From Tubiluchus corallicola (lineage: Eukaryota; Animalia; Priapulida), in assembly GCA_030141605.1 (NCBI GenBank), contig JAQGDQ010000907.1, positions 1 through 64,000 of the forward strand: DNA of 64,000 bases, read 5' to 3'. Shown in pieces: positions 52,904-62,170 of this stretch. The translations under genes were made by a program, and so were the position numbers. Every line of letters starts with the position of its first letter. Positions within the stretch are counted from its first letter, which is position 1. A model generated the notes under the pieces. It worked only from the letters and a program-made list of their open reading frames with translations. It had not been told where the DNA came from and searched no databases.

Positions 52904-53196
52904 AGAAATTTTTCACAAAGTGAAGAATTTTTGCACGGATTGAGAAAAAATTAATGAAAAGCTAAAATTTATTGATGTGATTAAGGGTTTTGAAGAGAGT
53001 TTTAACGAAAATATTGAGACCTTTGGATGGTGAAAGGCCTTATCTCAGGTTGAGGAAAAGCTCGATGAAAACCGCAGCTTGCTTGATGAATAAGTAAAAG
53101 CTTTGAGGGGGTGTTTTGATAAAAAAACATCAGTAAATAAGGGCCTTGTAAGTGCTTTATGTTGATGGAAAGGTGAGCTTTGGTAGAAAAGGTTTC
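52904..53196. repeat. Nested pair of MITE-like repeats (inner copy 53016-53158)
   Basis: Inner copy GAGACCTTTGG...TTGTAAGTGCTTT is flanked by ATATT and ATGTT; removing it rejoins an outer copy. Confidence 0.6.
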
Positions 53197-53327
53197 GTAA
53201 AATAATTGCACACATAATACTCTAATTTACTATCTCTTGCCTGTAAGTTGAGATTTTTAATCAACATGTTAGCTGTGACTATTTTTTATATCATTTTGTC
53301 CCATCTGGGAGTTAAAATCATAAGCAG

Positions 53328-54359
53328 ATGAGAAAGAGCAAGGACATAATAATTTTAGGTATTGAGTCATCGTGTGATGACACCTCAGCAGCTCTGATAA
53401 AAGACAATACTATTTTAAGCAATGAGATTGCAGGGCAGGCAGTTCACGAGGCATATGGGGGGGTTGTACCCGAACTTGCATCCCGTGCGCATCAACAAAA
53501 TATAATACCGGTTGTTAATAGCGCTTTAAAAAAGGCAGGTGTTGCGCCTAAAGAGATTGATGCTGTTGCATTTACTCGTGGTCCTGGACTGCTAGGATCG
53601 CTTCTGGTTGGCACCTCATTTGCGAAAGGGTTTGCTTTTGCCTCTAAAATTCCACTTATAGAGGTTAACCACTTACAGGGGCATGTGCTGGCGCATTTTA
53701 TAAGGGAAGGAGGGGAGCCGGGCCGTACACCAGGGTTCCCATTTTTGTGTCTTCTTGTTTCTGGTGGAAACTCACAAATAATAGTAGTGAAGGATCACTT
53801 AGAGATGGAAGTGATAGGCCAGACTATTGATGATGCAGCAGGAGAAGCTTTTGATAAATGTGCCAAGGTAATGGGACTTCCTTACCCCGGAGGGCCTCTT
53901 ATCGATAAGTTTGCTAAAAAGGGGGAGCCGCAGGCGTTTAGATTTTCAAAACCGATGGTTCCCGGGCTGGATTATAGTTTTAGTGGTTTGAAAACATCAT
54001 TCCTGTATTTTATTCGCGATAGGGTTAAGGAGGATCCGCTTTTCATAGAGGAGCAGAGGTGTAATATATGTGCCTCTATACAGCAAGCTATTGTTGAAAC
54101 GCTTATGGGTAAGTTCAAAGAGGCAGTTAATAAGACAGGGATTAAGGAGGTTGCAGTTGCAGGTGGTGTGTCAGCTAACTCAGGCCTGCAGGAAGCGCTG
54201 CGAGTGGAGGCAAAGAAGGAGCGTTGGAACCTGTTTATTCCCAAGCCTGCTTATACAACAGACAACGCAGCAATGATTGCTGTTGTCGGGTATTACAAGT
54301 ATTTAAAAGGTGAGTTTGCAGAACAGAGCATAGAGCCGTTTGCAAGAATGACGCTGTGA
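53328..54359 (+). CDS. tsaD: tRNA N6-adenosine threonylcarbamoyltransferase
   Basis: LGIESSCDDT, GGVVPELASRAH, NHLQGH, DDAAGEAFDK, FSGLKT and TDNAAMI. Confidence 0.97.
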   Translation: MRKSKDIIILGIESSCDDTSAALIKDNTILSNEIAGQAVHEAYGGVVPELASRAHQQNIIPVVNSALKKAGVAPKEIDAVAFTRGPGLLGSLLVGTSFAKGFAFASKIPLIEVNHLQGHVLAHFIREGGEPGRTPGFPFLCLLVSGGNSQIIVVKDHLEMEVIGQTIDDAAGEAFDKCAKVMGLPYPGGPLIDKFAKKGEPQAFRFSKPMVPGLDYSFSGLKTSFLYFIRDRVKEDPLFIEEQRCNICASIQQAIVETLMGKFKEAVNKTGIKEVAVAGGVSANSGLQEALRVEAKKERWNLFIPKPAYTTDNAAMIAVVGYYKYLKGEFAEQSIEPFARMTL

Positions 54360-54470
54360 GGCCTTTGCAAGAAGAGGTAGTTTGGCTTGCGCTGAAAAAC
54401 CAATGGAAATCTTCAGCCTGATTACAAACGAGTGGTTTGAAAGAGGATTTATGGAAATTACGGAAAATCA
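54358..54470. repeat. Truncated MITE-like repeat copy overlapping the tsaD stop codon
   Basis: T-GAGGCCTTTGCAAG...TTTGGCTTGCGCTGAAAA...TTTGAAAGAGGATTT. Confidence 0.6.
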
Positions 54471-54706
54471 ATACCCTAACTATAGTGGTAAATTATTTAT
54501 TTTTTTGCGATTCTGTTCAGATTGCTAGCAGTTCCGGGAATGAAATTGTTTGGTGTCCAGAAATGATATCAAGTAGAAATCCTATTAAGCTAGAGAATTA
54601 CAAATATCTAGCAGTTTCTGGTAGGCACCCATGAGTCCAGTTTTGATTTTATTGATACAGACTTTAACAATACCAATTGAACGTAGCTGCTTATAAAAGC
54701 ACATTT

Positions 54707-54838
54707 ACTAACACGTGCTAAGAAATAATTGCCTATTTGGAAATTTTGCGGGAGTTTGACTCCCGCATTTACTTTTTGATGTCATTTGACCGCTTTGTGC
54801 TCCGCTATCGGCAACTATTCATAGCACTAACCGTTAGT
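54707..54838. other. attC-like imperfect palindrome (132 bp)
   Basis: ACTAAC...GTTAGT outer arms, GTGCTAAGAA/TTCATAGCAC and AATTGCC/GGCAACT inner arms, and an internal hairpin GCGGGAGT-TTG-ACTCCCGC. Confidence 0.6.
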
Positions 54839-55213
54839 GAAAACGCAGGACAAACCTGCAAGTGTTAATATAAATAAATCTTAAATTATGAAGCACTTAC
54901 GGTTAGTTGCAATTATGATTATAATGATAAATTTGATAATAGCAGAGTAGTGAAAGCTGCTTAGATCGAACTCACGTTAGAAGATAAGTTTTGTAAAGGT
55001 GTTGCCGAGCGAACTTACATAGACATAAAATATTATAGAGGGGTCATTATAAGTGATTTAAGGAAAGAAGGCATACAAATAAAAAACCAAGCCTTCGGCT
55101 TTTTGATAAACACATATTTGCATTTGCAGAAAAAATGATGATTATTGACACCTGCCTATCCAAATTTTGATTATCTTTCCAACTGTTTTACAATACAAAA
55201 TCTATGTAATGCA

Positions 55214-57028
55214 ATGAAATTAGAAACAATTGACTTTATTATTTTGGCTATTTTCTTTTCTGTCGTTTTATTGATAGGGTATGTAGCATCTAAAAAAGCG
55301 GGCAAGAACACTTCCGAATTTTTTCTTGGAGGGCGGGGGATGCCCTGGTGGCTGTTGGGAGTATCCATGGTAGCATGTACATTTTCAGCCGATACGCCAA
55401 ACCTTGTTACAGGAATGGTAAGAGAGTCCGGAGTTGGTAAAAACTGGGCGTGGTGGGCTTTTCTGATCACCGGGATGGTAACGGTTTTTATATATGCACG
55501 TCTGTGGCGCCGCTCAAATGTAATGACGGACCTGGAGTTTTATGAAATACGTTATGGAGGTAAGTCTGCTTCTTTCCTGAGGGGCTTCAGGGCGATATAT
55601 CTGGGGATATTTTACAACACCCTCATTATGGGTACGGTTACTTTGGCCGCAATCAAAATAGGCGACGTAATGTTTGGTATCAAGCCGTGGATTACTGTTG
55701 TTTCCGCCTCTTCAATTGTGATTATATATGCAGGGCTGGGAGGTTTACGCGGTGTGGTGTGGGCTGATTTTTTCCAATACGGCATTGCAATGTTTGGAGC
55801 GGTGCTTGCTGCAGTTGTTGCAATACGCCAACCTGAAGTTAAGGCTATAGGTGGGTTTTCGGGAGTGTTGGAACAACTGGGTGATAAAGCAAACTTTTTG
55901 CCGAATATGAGTGACCCGTCAATATTTATACCACTGCTTATTATTCCTATTGCCGTTCAATGGTGGGCGGTGTGGTATCCTGGTGCAGAACCGGGTGGAG
56001 GCGGTTATATTGCACAGCGGATGCTTTCTGCGAAGAATGAAAAAAATGCTATTGGGGCAACACTTTTTTTCAATTTTGCACATTATGCCCTGCGTCCATG
56101 GCCATGGATTGTCGTGGCAATGGCATCAATGGTTATATATCCCGAACTTGAAGATATCAGAGCTGAGTTTCCCAATATCTCAGAGACATACCTAAAGGAC
56201 GATATTGCATATCCTGTAATGTTATCAAAGCTTGGGAAGGGATGGCTTGGCCTTGTTGTAGCATCAATTATTGCAGCATACATGTCAACTATAGGCACTC
56301 ATCTTAACTGGGGGTCTTCCTATGTTGTGCATGACTTTTATAGCCGTTTTGTAAAGAAGGATGCTTCTCAAAAAGAGTTGGTAGCAGTTGGACGTAGCAC
56401 AACAGTTGTGCTGATGTTTATCGCAGCGCTTTTTGCTTTAACGTTTCTCAACAATGCTACGCAGGCATTCAATGTACTACTGCTATCAGGGGCAGGCTCC
56501 GGAGCGATATATATTCTCCGCTGGTTCTGGTGGAGAATAAATGCGTGGACAGAGATAGTGGCTATGGTATTTGCAACTGTAAATGCTGTAATTTTAATAT
56601 TTTTTGTAGAGGATAGTATGGTAGAGACTAGGTATCTTGATGGCTTTACAGTGAAGTTGCTTTTGGCGGTAGGAGCTACAACAGTAGTATGGTTGGTAAC
56701 GGCCTTTGTTACCAGGCCTGAAAGTAAGGAGACTTTACGCCGTTTCTACAAGTTGACGCACCCGGGTGGTCCCGGATGGAAAAAAGTTGTGCAGGAGGCA
56801 GAAGCGGATGGGGTGGCAATAAATGAGAAAGAGAAAGGAATGGCGTGGGAGATGCCAAAACAGATAATGCTGGTCTTCATCGGGTGTGTTACTATATACA
56901 GTTCTCTTTTTTCGATCGGGAATTTTGTTTATGGTAAAAATTTGCTTGGTGCGGCGCTTGCAGCTGTGGCAGCATGTTCAACATTTCTGCTTTTTAAGTT
57001 GTTTGCAAAACTAAGAACAGATAAGTAG
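55214..57028 (+). CDS. Sodium:solute symporter (SSS family)
   Basis: FFLGGRGMPWWLLGVSMVA, GGLRGVVWADFFQ and GGGYIAQRMLSAKNE. Confidence 0.9.
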   Translation: MKLETIDFIILAIFFSVVLLIGYVASKKAGKNTSEFFLGGRGMPWWLLGVSMVACTFSADTPNLVTGMVRESGVGKNWAWWAFLITGMVTVFIYARLWRRSNVMTDLEFYEIRYGGKSASFLRGFRAIYLGIFYNTLIMGTVTLAAIKIGDVMFGIKPWITVVSASSIVIIYAGLGGLRGVVWADFFQYGIAMFGAVLAAVVAIRQPEVKAIGGFSGVLEQLGDKANFLPNMSDPSIFIPLLIIPIAVQWWAVWYPGAEPGGGGYIAQRMLSAKNEKNAIGATLFFNFAHYALRPWPWIVVAMASMVIYPELEDIRAEFPNISETYLKDDIAYPVMLSKLGKGWLGLVVASIIAAYMSTIGTHLNWGSSYVVHDFYSRFVKKDASQKELVAVGRSTTVVLMFIAALFALTFLNNATQAFNVLLLSGAGSGAIYILRWFWWRINAWTEIVAMVFATVNAVILIFFVEDSMVETRYLDGFTVKLLLAVGATTVVWLVTAFVTRPESKETLRRFYKLTHPGGPGWKKVVQEAEADGVAINEKEKGMAWEMPKQIMLVFIGCVTIYSSLFSIGNFVYGKNLLGAALAAVAACSTFLLFKLFAKLRTDK

Positions 57029-57089
57029 TTTTTTAAACACGTTATAGCGCATTTGTAGCAGGGGGTTTGACCGCTTGTAAAATACGTTT

Positions 57090-58382
57090 ATGAAGACATC
57101 TATATTTATAGCTACTTCTGTGTTGGCCATCTTATGTTCAATTAATGATGCTGAAGCGCAGAAAACCAAAAGGCTTGAAAGTAGCTCAAGAAGGGTACCC
57201 AAGTGGGTTTATGGAATTGAGAAGGATTATATCATAGCTACAGGTTCGGGATCAAGCATTGATGTTGCAAAGCAGAATGCTCTCATCATGGTGAAACACA
57301 GGATAATAACCTCTGTGGCTGAAAATATTCAGTCCTGGGGTGAGTATGTTCTGGAGGAGACAACCAGTGATAATATTTCGAGCTTTTTTGAGAACTATGA
57401 AATGAATATAAAGGCTGAATCGGCCGATATTGAGTATGTTAAGGGGATTTCACTTAGCAAGGTGGAGGAGTTTTATTGGGAAAAAGTGAGAACGGATAGA
57501 GATATTAGGTTCAACTATTCTATAAAGTATCCATTTTCTCAAATAAGGCTTCAGAGCTTGGTCGCAGAGTTTGAGAGAGCTGATAGAGAGCTTACCGATC
57601 AGTTAAATTCTATTGTTGATAGTATTGATGAAGTAACTAGTGTAGAGGAGATTCAGAAGAATATTAAAGTGCTTCGTGGTTTGTCAAAGTCATTTTCTGG
57701 GCAGAGAAAAATTAAAGCTGAGTCGGGAGTTACTCAATTAAGTTCACTACTTCGGTCTGTTTCAATTGAGCCTGTTGAAAGCAGTCTCGGGAAGATTGTA
57801 TTTATTTTAAAGATTGGTGACAAGGTGGTTACATGTGCAAAAAATCCAAATGTAGCGTCACAGTGTGCCGATATTACCTCTGTGCTTAATAAAGGGGATA
57901 GCTGGGAGATAAGATATACGTATGATAATTGTGGAGAGGGTGTGCCGGATGTTGTGGATGTGAAATATAAGTTTGGAGGTGTAAAAACCGGATATGAGTT
58001 TTTATTTGATGCTACTACCAGCAAAGTTGATTTTTTCTTAAACGGGAGTATATATATCAAGTCTCTCTCCAGGAGTGGCAGAGATATTTCAAAGTCAGAG
58101 TGTTTAGTCACCCTAACTTCTAAGCATAACAGTACATTCATTGTCAACAAGGTTGTGCTGGAATGGAGAGGGTTACCCCCTTTGGAGTTAAGTGATATTA
58201 ACAGGGAGTTTAGTGGGAAGGGAGATCATGAGCTCAGGATTGCTATAAACCAAAAGCTAAATGATAGTTACAGCTCAACAAAACAATCGATGGTTAAAGG
58301 GTATATTACTGCAACTTCCAAATTGACAGGAGAGACCACTACATTTAGATTGTATAACCAAAGCATCAATACAGACTGGTAG
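57090..58382 (+). CDS. Exported hypothetical protein with an LPP20-like N-terminal region
   Basis: Signal peptide, then P.WV...YIIATGSG.....AKQNAL, which resembles LPP20-type domains. Confidence 0.6.
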   Translation: MKTSIFIATSVLAILCSINDAEAQKTKRLESSSRRVPKWVYGIEKDYIIATGSGSSIDVAKQNALIMVKHRIITSVAENIQSWGEYVLEETTSDNISSFFENYEMNIKAESADIEYVKGISLSKVEEFYWEKVRTDRDIRFNYSIKYPFSQIRLQSLVAEFERADRELTDQLNSIVDSIDEVTSVEEIQKNIKVLRGLSKSFSGQRKIKAESGVTQLSSLLRSVSIEPVESSLGKIVFILKIGDKVVTCAKNPNVASQCADITSVLNKGDSWEIRYTYDNCGEGVPDVVDVKYKFGGVKTGYEFLFDATTSKVDFFLNGSIYIKSLSRSGRDISKSECLVTLTSKHNSTFIVNKVVLEWRGLPPLELSDINREFSGKGDHELRIAINQKLNDSYSSTKQSMVKGYITATSKLTGETTTFRLYNQSINTDW

Positions 58383-58608
58383 TGCTGTTTAATACCAGTT
58401 CCTTTTTTAGCCTGATGAAAACTTAATTTAGAAGTTAGTGCAAGCGATGATTTTAGAGATAGTTTTAAAGAAGTATAGGTGGGAGATTTGCAGATTGTAT
58501 CTTATAAAAGGTTCAAATGTAGTTGCATGTATCGCAAGGTGGACCTATCAGGAGTGTTGCTGGTGTATTTGATAGCTGTAGTTTCAGAGTATAATGCTTA
58601 GATATATT

Positions 58609-59922
58609 ATGAAAACCAAAATTATTCTTTTGTCTACAGCTTTGATTATGAGTTCTGTAGTATCGTTGATGGGCAGTAGCAAGAGTGGTGAGGGGAAAGA
58701 TGTAAAATACCGAAGAAGCTCCCTTCATATGATATTGATTGAGTCAGATAATTTTCCAAGAAAAGAGACAGTTATAAAAGCATACAACAATGCCCCTTTC
58801 CCGGATAAGTATGATGATCACAGGTTAGAAGAGAGCTACTTTGACCCCAATAGGTGCCAGCATGATAATAAAGAGAGCAGAGGCGGTAGCCGAGGTGTAA
58901 GAAGCAGCTATACAGCAACAGGTGCCAGCAGTATGGAAGACCCCAATGAGGACGATCCCAATATGCACTTAATAATAAGTAAGTACCTTAGGGAAAATAG
59001 AATTGCTAATAAGCTGGTTGCAAAGTGGTTTAGCAGGGGGGAGGATGGTTCTTTTAATATGAAGTTGATAGAAGATAGGGGATTTTACAATGCAACTGAG
59101 ATGGAGGCAAGTATTGCCAAAAAATCTGTGCGGGGAATGGCCGCATTAGCTGATGCCGGAATAGAGTTAATAAACAATACATTTGTTGTTGTCTCAAAAT
59201 TGAACTTTGTCGATAATGAAGCAGTGGCCTCTATTTTAAGAGAAGCGGCATATTACGCAGCCGGGAAAATTACTTCTGAGATTGTGCAAGCTATAGCTAT
59301 AGCTGCTGCCGATGTAGCGTATAAGAAGGCTAAAGAGGGATATTCTGTATGGACAACCTCATACCTTTATCAGCTTCAATGGAACGACTCTATCGAGGCC
59401 GTTTTTTATAACGATTTGTGGATGGATAGTTTAAATATAGATGTTAAAAAGAGAGAGGCATTTGATGAAACAGATCTGTTTCAACTTAAGTTTTTAGGAA
59501 GGGAGAAAGCCACAAGCCTTGTTTTGTTTTCATTAAAGGAGACAAGAACAGAGGAGCAGATAATAGAATTGGCCACAGTAAGAAACATTGACGCGGTGTA
59601 CGCTAAACTTCAAAAGAAATATGATGTGTTTAAGCCTAAGATACCTCTTTATACCGGGTATCCGATTACGGCTAAAATAGGCATGAAGGAGGGGTTAAAG
59701 GGGGGTGAGAAGTTTGAGGTGCTTGAGCAGGTAGTTGATCCTAAAACAGGGCTGACTAAGTATGTAAGGAAGGGAAAAATAACAGTTGATAAGAAGTGTA
59801 TATGGGATAACAGGTACAATGCAGGGAAGGAGACTGAAGCGGAAGATTCTGAAGTTAAATTTACTGCATTTAAAGGCAGAAAACGATTTTATCCGGGAAT
59901 GTTGATTAGGCAACTTAAATAG
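58609..59922 (+). CDS. Exported hypothetical protein
   Basis: Long ORF with a signal peptide; C-terminal AKIGMKEGLKGGEKFEVLE is reminiscent of FlgT/CsgG-associated C-terminal beta domains. Confidence 0.7.
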   Translation: MKTKIILLSTALIMSSVVSLMGSSKSGEGKDVKYRRSSLHMILIESDNFPRKETVIKAYNNAPFPDKYDDHRLEESYFDPNRCQHDNKESRGGSRGVRSSYTATGASSMEDPNEDDPNMHLIISKYLRENRIANKLVAKWFSRGEDGSFNMKLIEDRGFYNATEMEASIAKKSVRGMAALADAGIELINNTFVVVSKLNFVDNEAVASILREAAYYAAGKITSEIVQAIAIAAADVAYKKAKEGYSVWTTSYLYQLQWNDSIEAVFYNDLWMDSLNIDVKKREAFDETDLFQLKFLGREKATSLVLFSLKETRTEEQIIELATVRNIDAVYAKLQKKYDVFKPKIPLYTGYPITAKIGMKEGLKGGEKFEVLEQVVDPKTGLTKYVRKGKITVDKKCIWDNRYNAGKETEAEDSEVKFTAFKGRKRFYPGMLIRQLK

Positions 59923-59979
59923 GGTTCTTTGCAAAGCAAACATTTTGATTCAGAGAAAGGGGAGTTTTGTGAAGGTTCC
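59922..59979. repeat. Short internally deleted MITE-like copy starting in the stop codon
   Basis: TA-GGGTTCTTTGCAAAG...GAGTTTTGTGAAGGTTCC. Confidence 0.55.
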
Positions 59980-60036
59980 GAAATTATTAACTTTACTTCT
60001 GCTTTAAGTTTTAGGAGAGGGTAAAAAAAGTAAAAA

Positions 60037-60564
60037 ATGAAAACAGTAGGGAAAAAATTTACATTAGTGCTCTTAATTGTGTTATGTTTTTCTTTTTTTG
60101 TAAATGCACAATCCAGGAAGAAGGCAAACAGAGATACAGAGCAGTGGCGCTATGAGGTTGAGTGTGTGGGTGTAGGCGTTAAAGGTACGTATTTGATCAA
60201 GGTGTGGTCGTACTCCAAAAAGCAAAAGGTAGCCATTGAGCAGGCAAAGAAAAATGCTGTTCATGGAGTAATTTTTAAAGGCTATGCGGGAGGTGAGCAA
60301 GGGTGTACTCCACAGAAGGCTTTGGTAGTGGATGCTTATACTGAACAGAAAAACAAGGAGTTTTTCACCAATTTTTTTGCTGATGGTGGCAGGTATATGA
60401 GGTATGTTAGTTTTTCGGCAGATGGAAGTATTGCTGCAGGAGATAGATTAAAAATCAGTAGGAAGGAGTATAAGATAGGTGTTGTTGTTTCAGTTAGAAA
60501 GGATGATTTGAGAAAAGAGCTTGAAAGAGAAGGAGTTATAAAAGGGTTGTCAGACGGGTTTTAG
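60037..60564 (+). CDS. Exported hypothetical protein
   Basis: Signal peptide, AIEQAKKNAVHGVIFKG and LRKELE..GVI. Confidence 0.75.
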   Translation: MKTVGKKFTLVLLIVLCFSFFVNAQSRKKANRDTEQWRYEVECVGVGVKGTYLIKVWSYSKKQKVAIEQAKKNAVHGVIFKGYAGGEQGCTPQKALVVDAYTEQKNKEFFTNFFADGGRYMRYVSFSADGSIAAGDRLKISRKEYKIGVVVSVRKDDLRKELEREGVIKGLSDGF

Positions 60565-60636
60565 GAGTACCGGGTTTTAGTTATAAAATCGCTAATAAGC
60601 TCTGTTCTATCCATTGGAAAATAAAATTATAAACAG

Positions 60637-61383
60637 ATGAAAAAAGCAATTCTATTTTTGACTGTTGCAATACTGAGTGTTAACCTGCTTTTTGGACAAG
60701 CGAAGAAGCCAACTATTATGGTTGTTCCAAGTGATGTCTGGTGTAATGAGAACGGGTATATGATGGAGTTTGATAAAATGGGGACAAAAGTAAGAATTCC
60801 AAATTATAAAGCGGCATACCAGGGGAGTTCAGACCTATTACTTGTTATTAGTACAATAAACGGGATGATGGCAGAAAGAGGATTCCCTCTCAAAAATATG
60901 GAGTCGGCTATGAAAACATTAGGAGCAAATAGGGCCGAAACATCTATGACCTCCTCCAAAGAGACAGGTGTGGGGGAGAGCGAGACTCCGGTTGATAAAT
61001 TGAAAAAAACTGCTAAAGCGGATATAATAATGCAGTTGACATGGACTGTTAATACTACCGGGCCTAAGAAGTCGGTTACATTTAACTTACAGGGGCTGGA
61101 TGCATATACAGATAAGCAAATTGCTACTGCAGTAGGAACGGGAGCTCCCTCTTTTTCGGCAGAGCTGCCGGTGTTGTTGGAGGAAGCGGTTTTATCTCAT
61201 ATGGATAATTTTTGTTACTCTCTTCAGTCCTTTTTTGACGATCTGTTTGTAAATGGGCGAGAGGTGGTTATTCGCATTAAGAAGTGGGATGACTGGGAGG
61301 AAGACCTTGAGTCTGAGTTTGGAGATGATGGCGATGAATTGGGTATAATCATTGAGGACTGGATCGCAGATAATACGCTGTGA
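60637..61383 (+). CDS. DUF6175-like exported protein, apparently truncated at the junction
   Basis: Signal peptide then QAKKPTIMVVPSD.WC and LQGLDAYTDKQIA. It stops abruptly after IEDWIADNTL, exactly where the sequence character changes. Confidence 0.7.
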   Translation: MKKAILFLTVAILSVNLLFGQAKKPTIMVVPSDVWCNENGYMMEFDKMGTKVRIPNYKAAYQGSSDLLLVISTINGMMAERGFPLKNMESAMKTLGANRAETSMTSSKETGVGESETPVDKLKKTAKADIIMQLTWTVNTTGPKKSVTFNLQGLDAYTDKQIATAVGTGAPSFSAELPVLLEEAVLSHMDNFCYSLQSFFDDLFVNGREVVIRIKKWDDWEEDLESEFGDDGDELGIIIEDWIADNTL

Positions 61384-61759
61384 AATCTCCATTGTTAATA
61401 GTGAGAAAATAGTGAGGTCCATCTGGTGCTCTGAATTTCCACCAGTTGCTGATCGAAAACTTCTTTTTCAATTTTATTGTCGTCACCATAGCAACCAAAT
61501 TCGTGTAAAAAATAAATGAAAAGAATTCCGTTTGATTCTTGTAAGAGCTTGCTGTGACTGGAGAAAATTACAAATCAAAGCATATAGTGACTTATGAGAC
61601 ACCCTGTATTTTTATTATCCACACATATGTTCAAGCCTTAACTATAACAAAAAGGGAATAGCTAAACATTTAAACAGGTACTGAATGCACTCTAACATAG
61701 CAAAGCAAATAAATTCATAATTTACCATCGCAGATTTAGAACTTCAGTAATGTCATGTC

Positions 61760-62170
61760 CAGAGGCGCATCAAGACTTTAAGATGCCCAAGGCTAATAGT
61801 TCTGTACAGCCCATCTCTATTTTTTAATAATTACTTATGTAATGAGCGGATAAAACAATTACTTGTGGTGTATTAGAAACATTGTTAACCTGGTTTCTAT
61901 GTGGTCATTACTAATTACATGTATTTGCATAGGGCTTATATTTAAACAGACTGCACAGCTGTTTGTGTAATAGCTTGCGCCTGTTCGTTATGTGGCATAT
62001 AATATAAAAGCTGAGCTTAGTAACTGCCTGTGGTGTGTTATAAAATGTGCCCTTTACATGAACATGAAAGTACACACATTTTCCGAGGTATAAGAATTTT
62101 TCTAAAATGTGACGCCCTCAGACTTTGGCGCCCTAGGCTATAGTCTAGTTTATTGGTTAATACGCCCCTG
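61760..62170. mobile_element. Non-autonomous hAT-type DNA transposon (MITE), 411 bp
   Basis: Ends CAGAGGCGCATCAA and TTAATACGCCCCTG are inverted repeats (11 of 14 match); perfect 8-bp target duplication GTCATGTC at 61752-61759 and 62171-62178. Confidence 0.85.

Noticed and set aside
61395-61557. Possible next lectin exon after the acceptor ttttctccag at 61558-61559
   Set aside because: The phase-compatible frame (HSKLLQESNG...SHY*) has no CTLD motifs, and the other open frame does not match the phase of exon C. Left uncalled.
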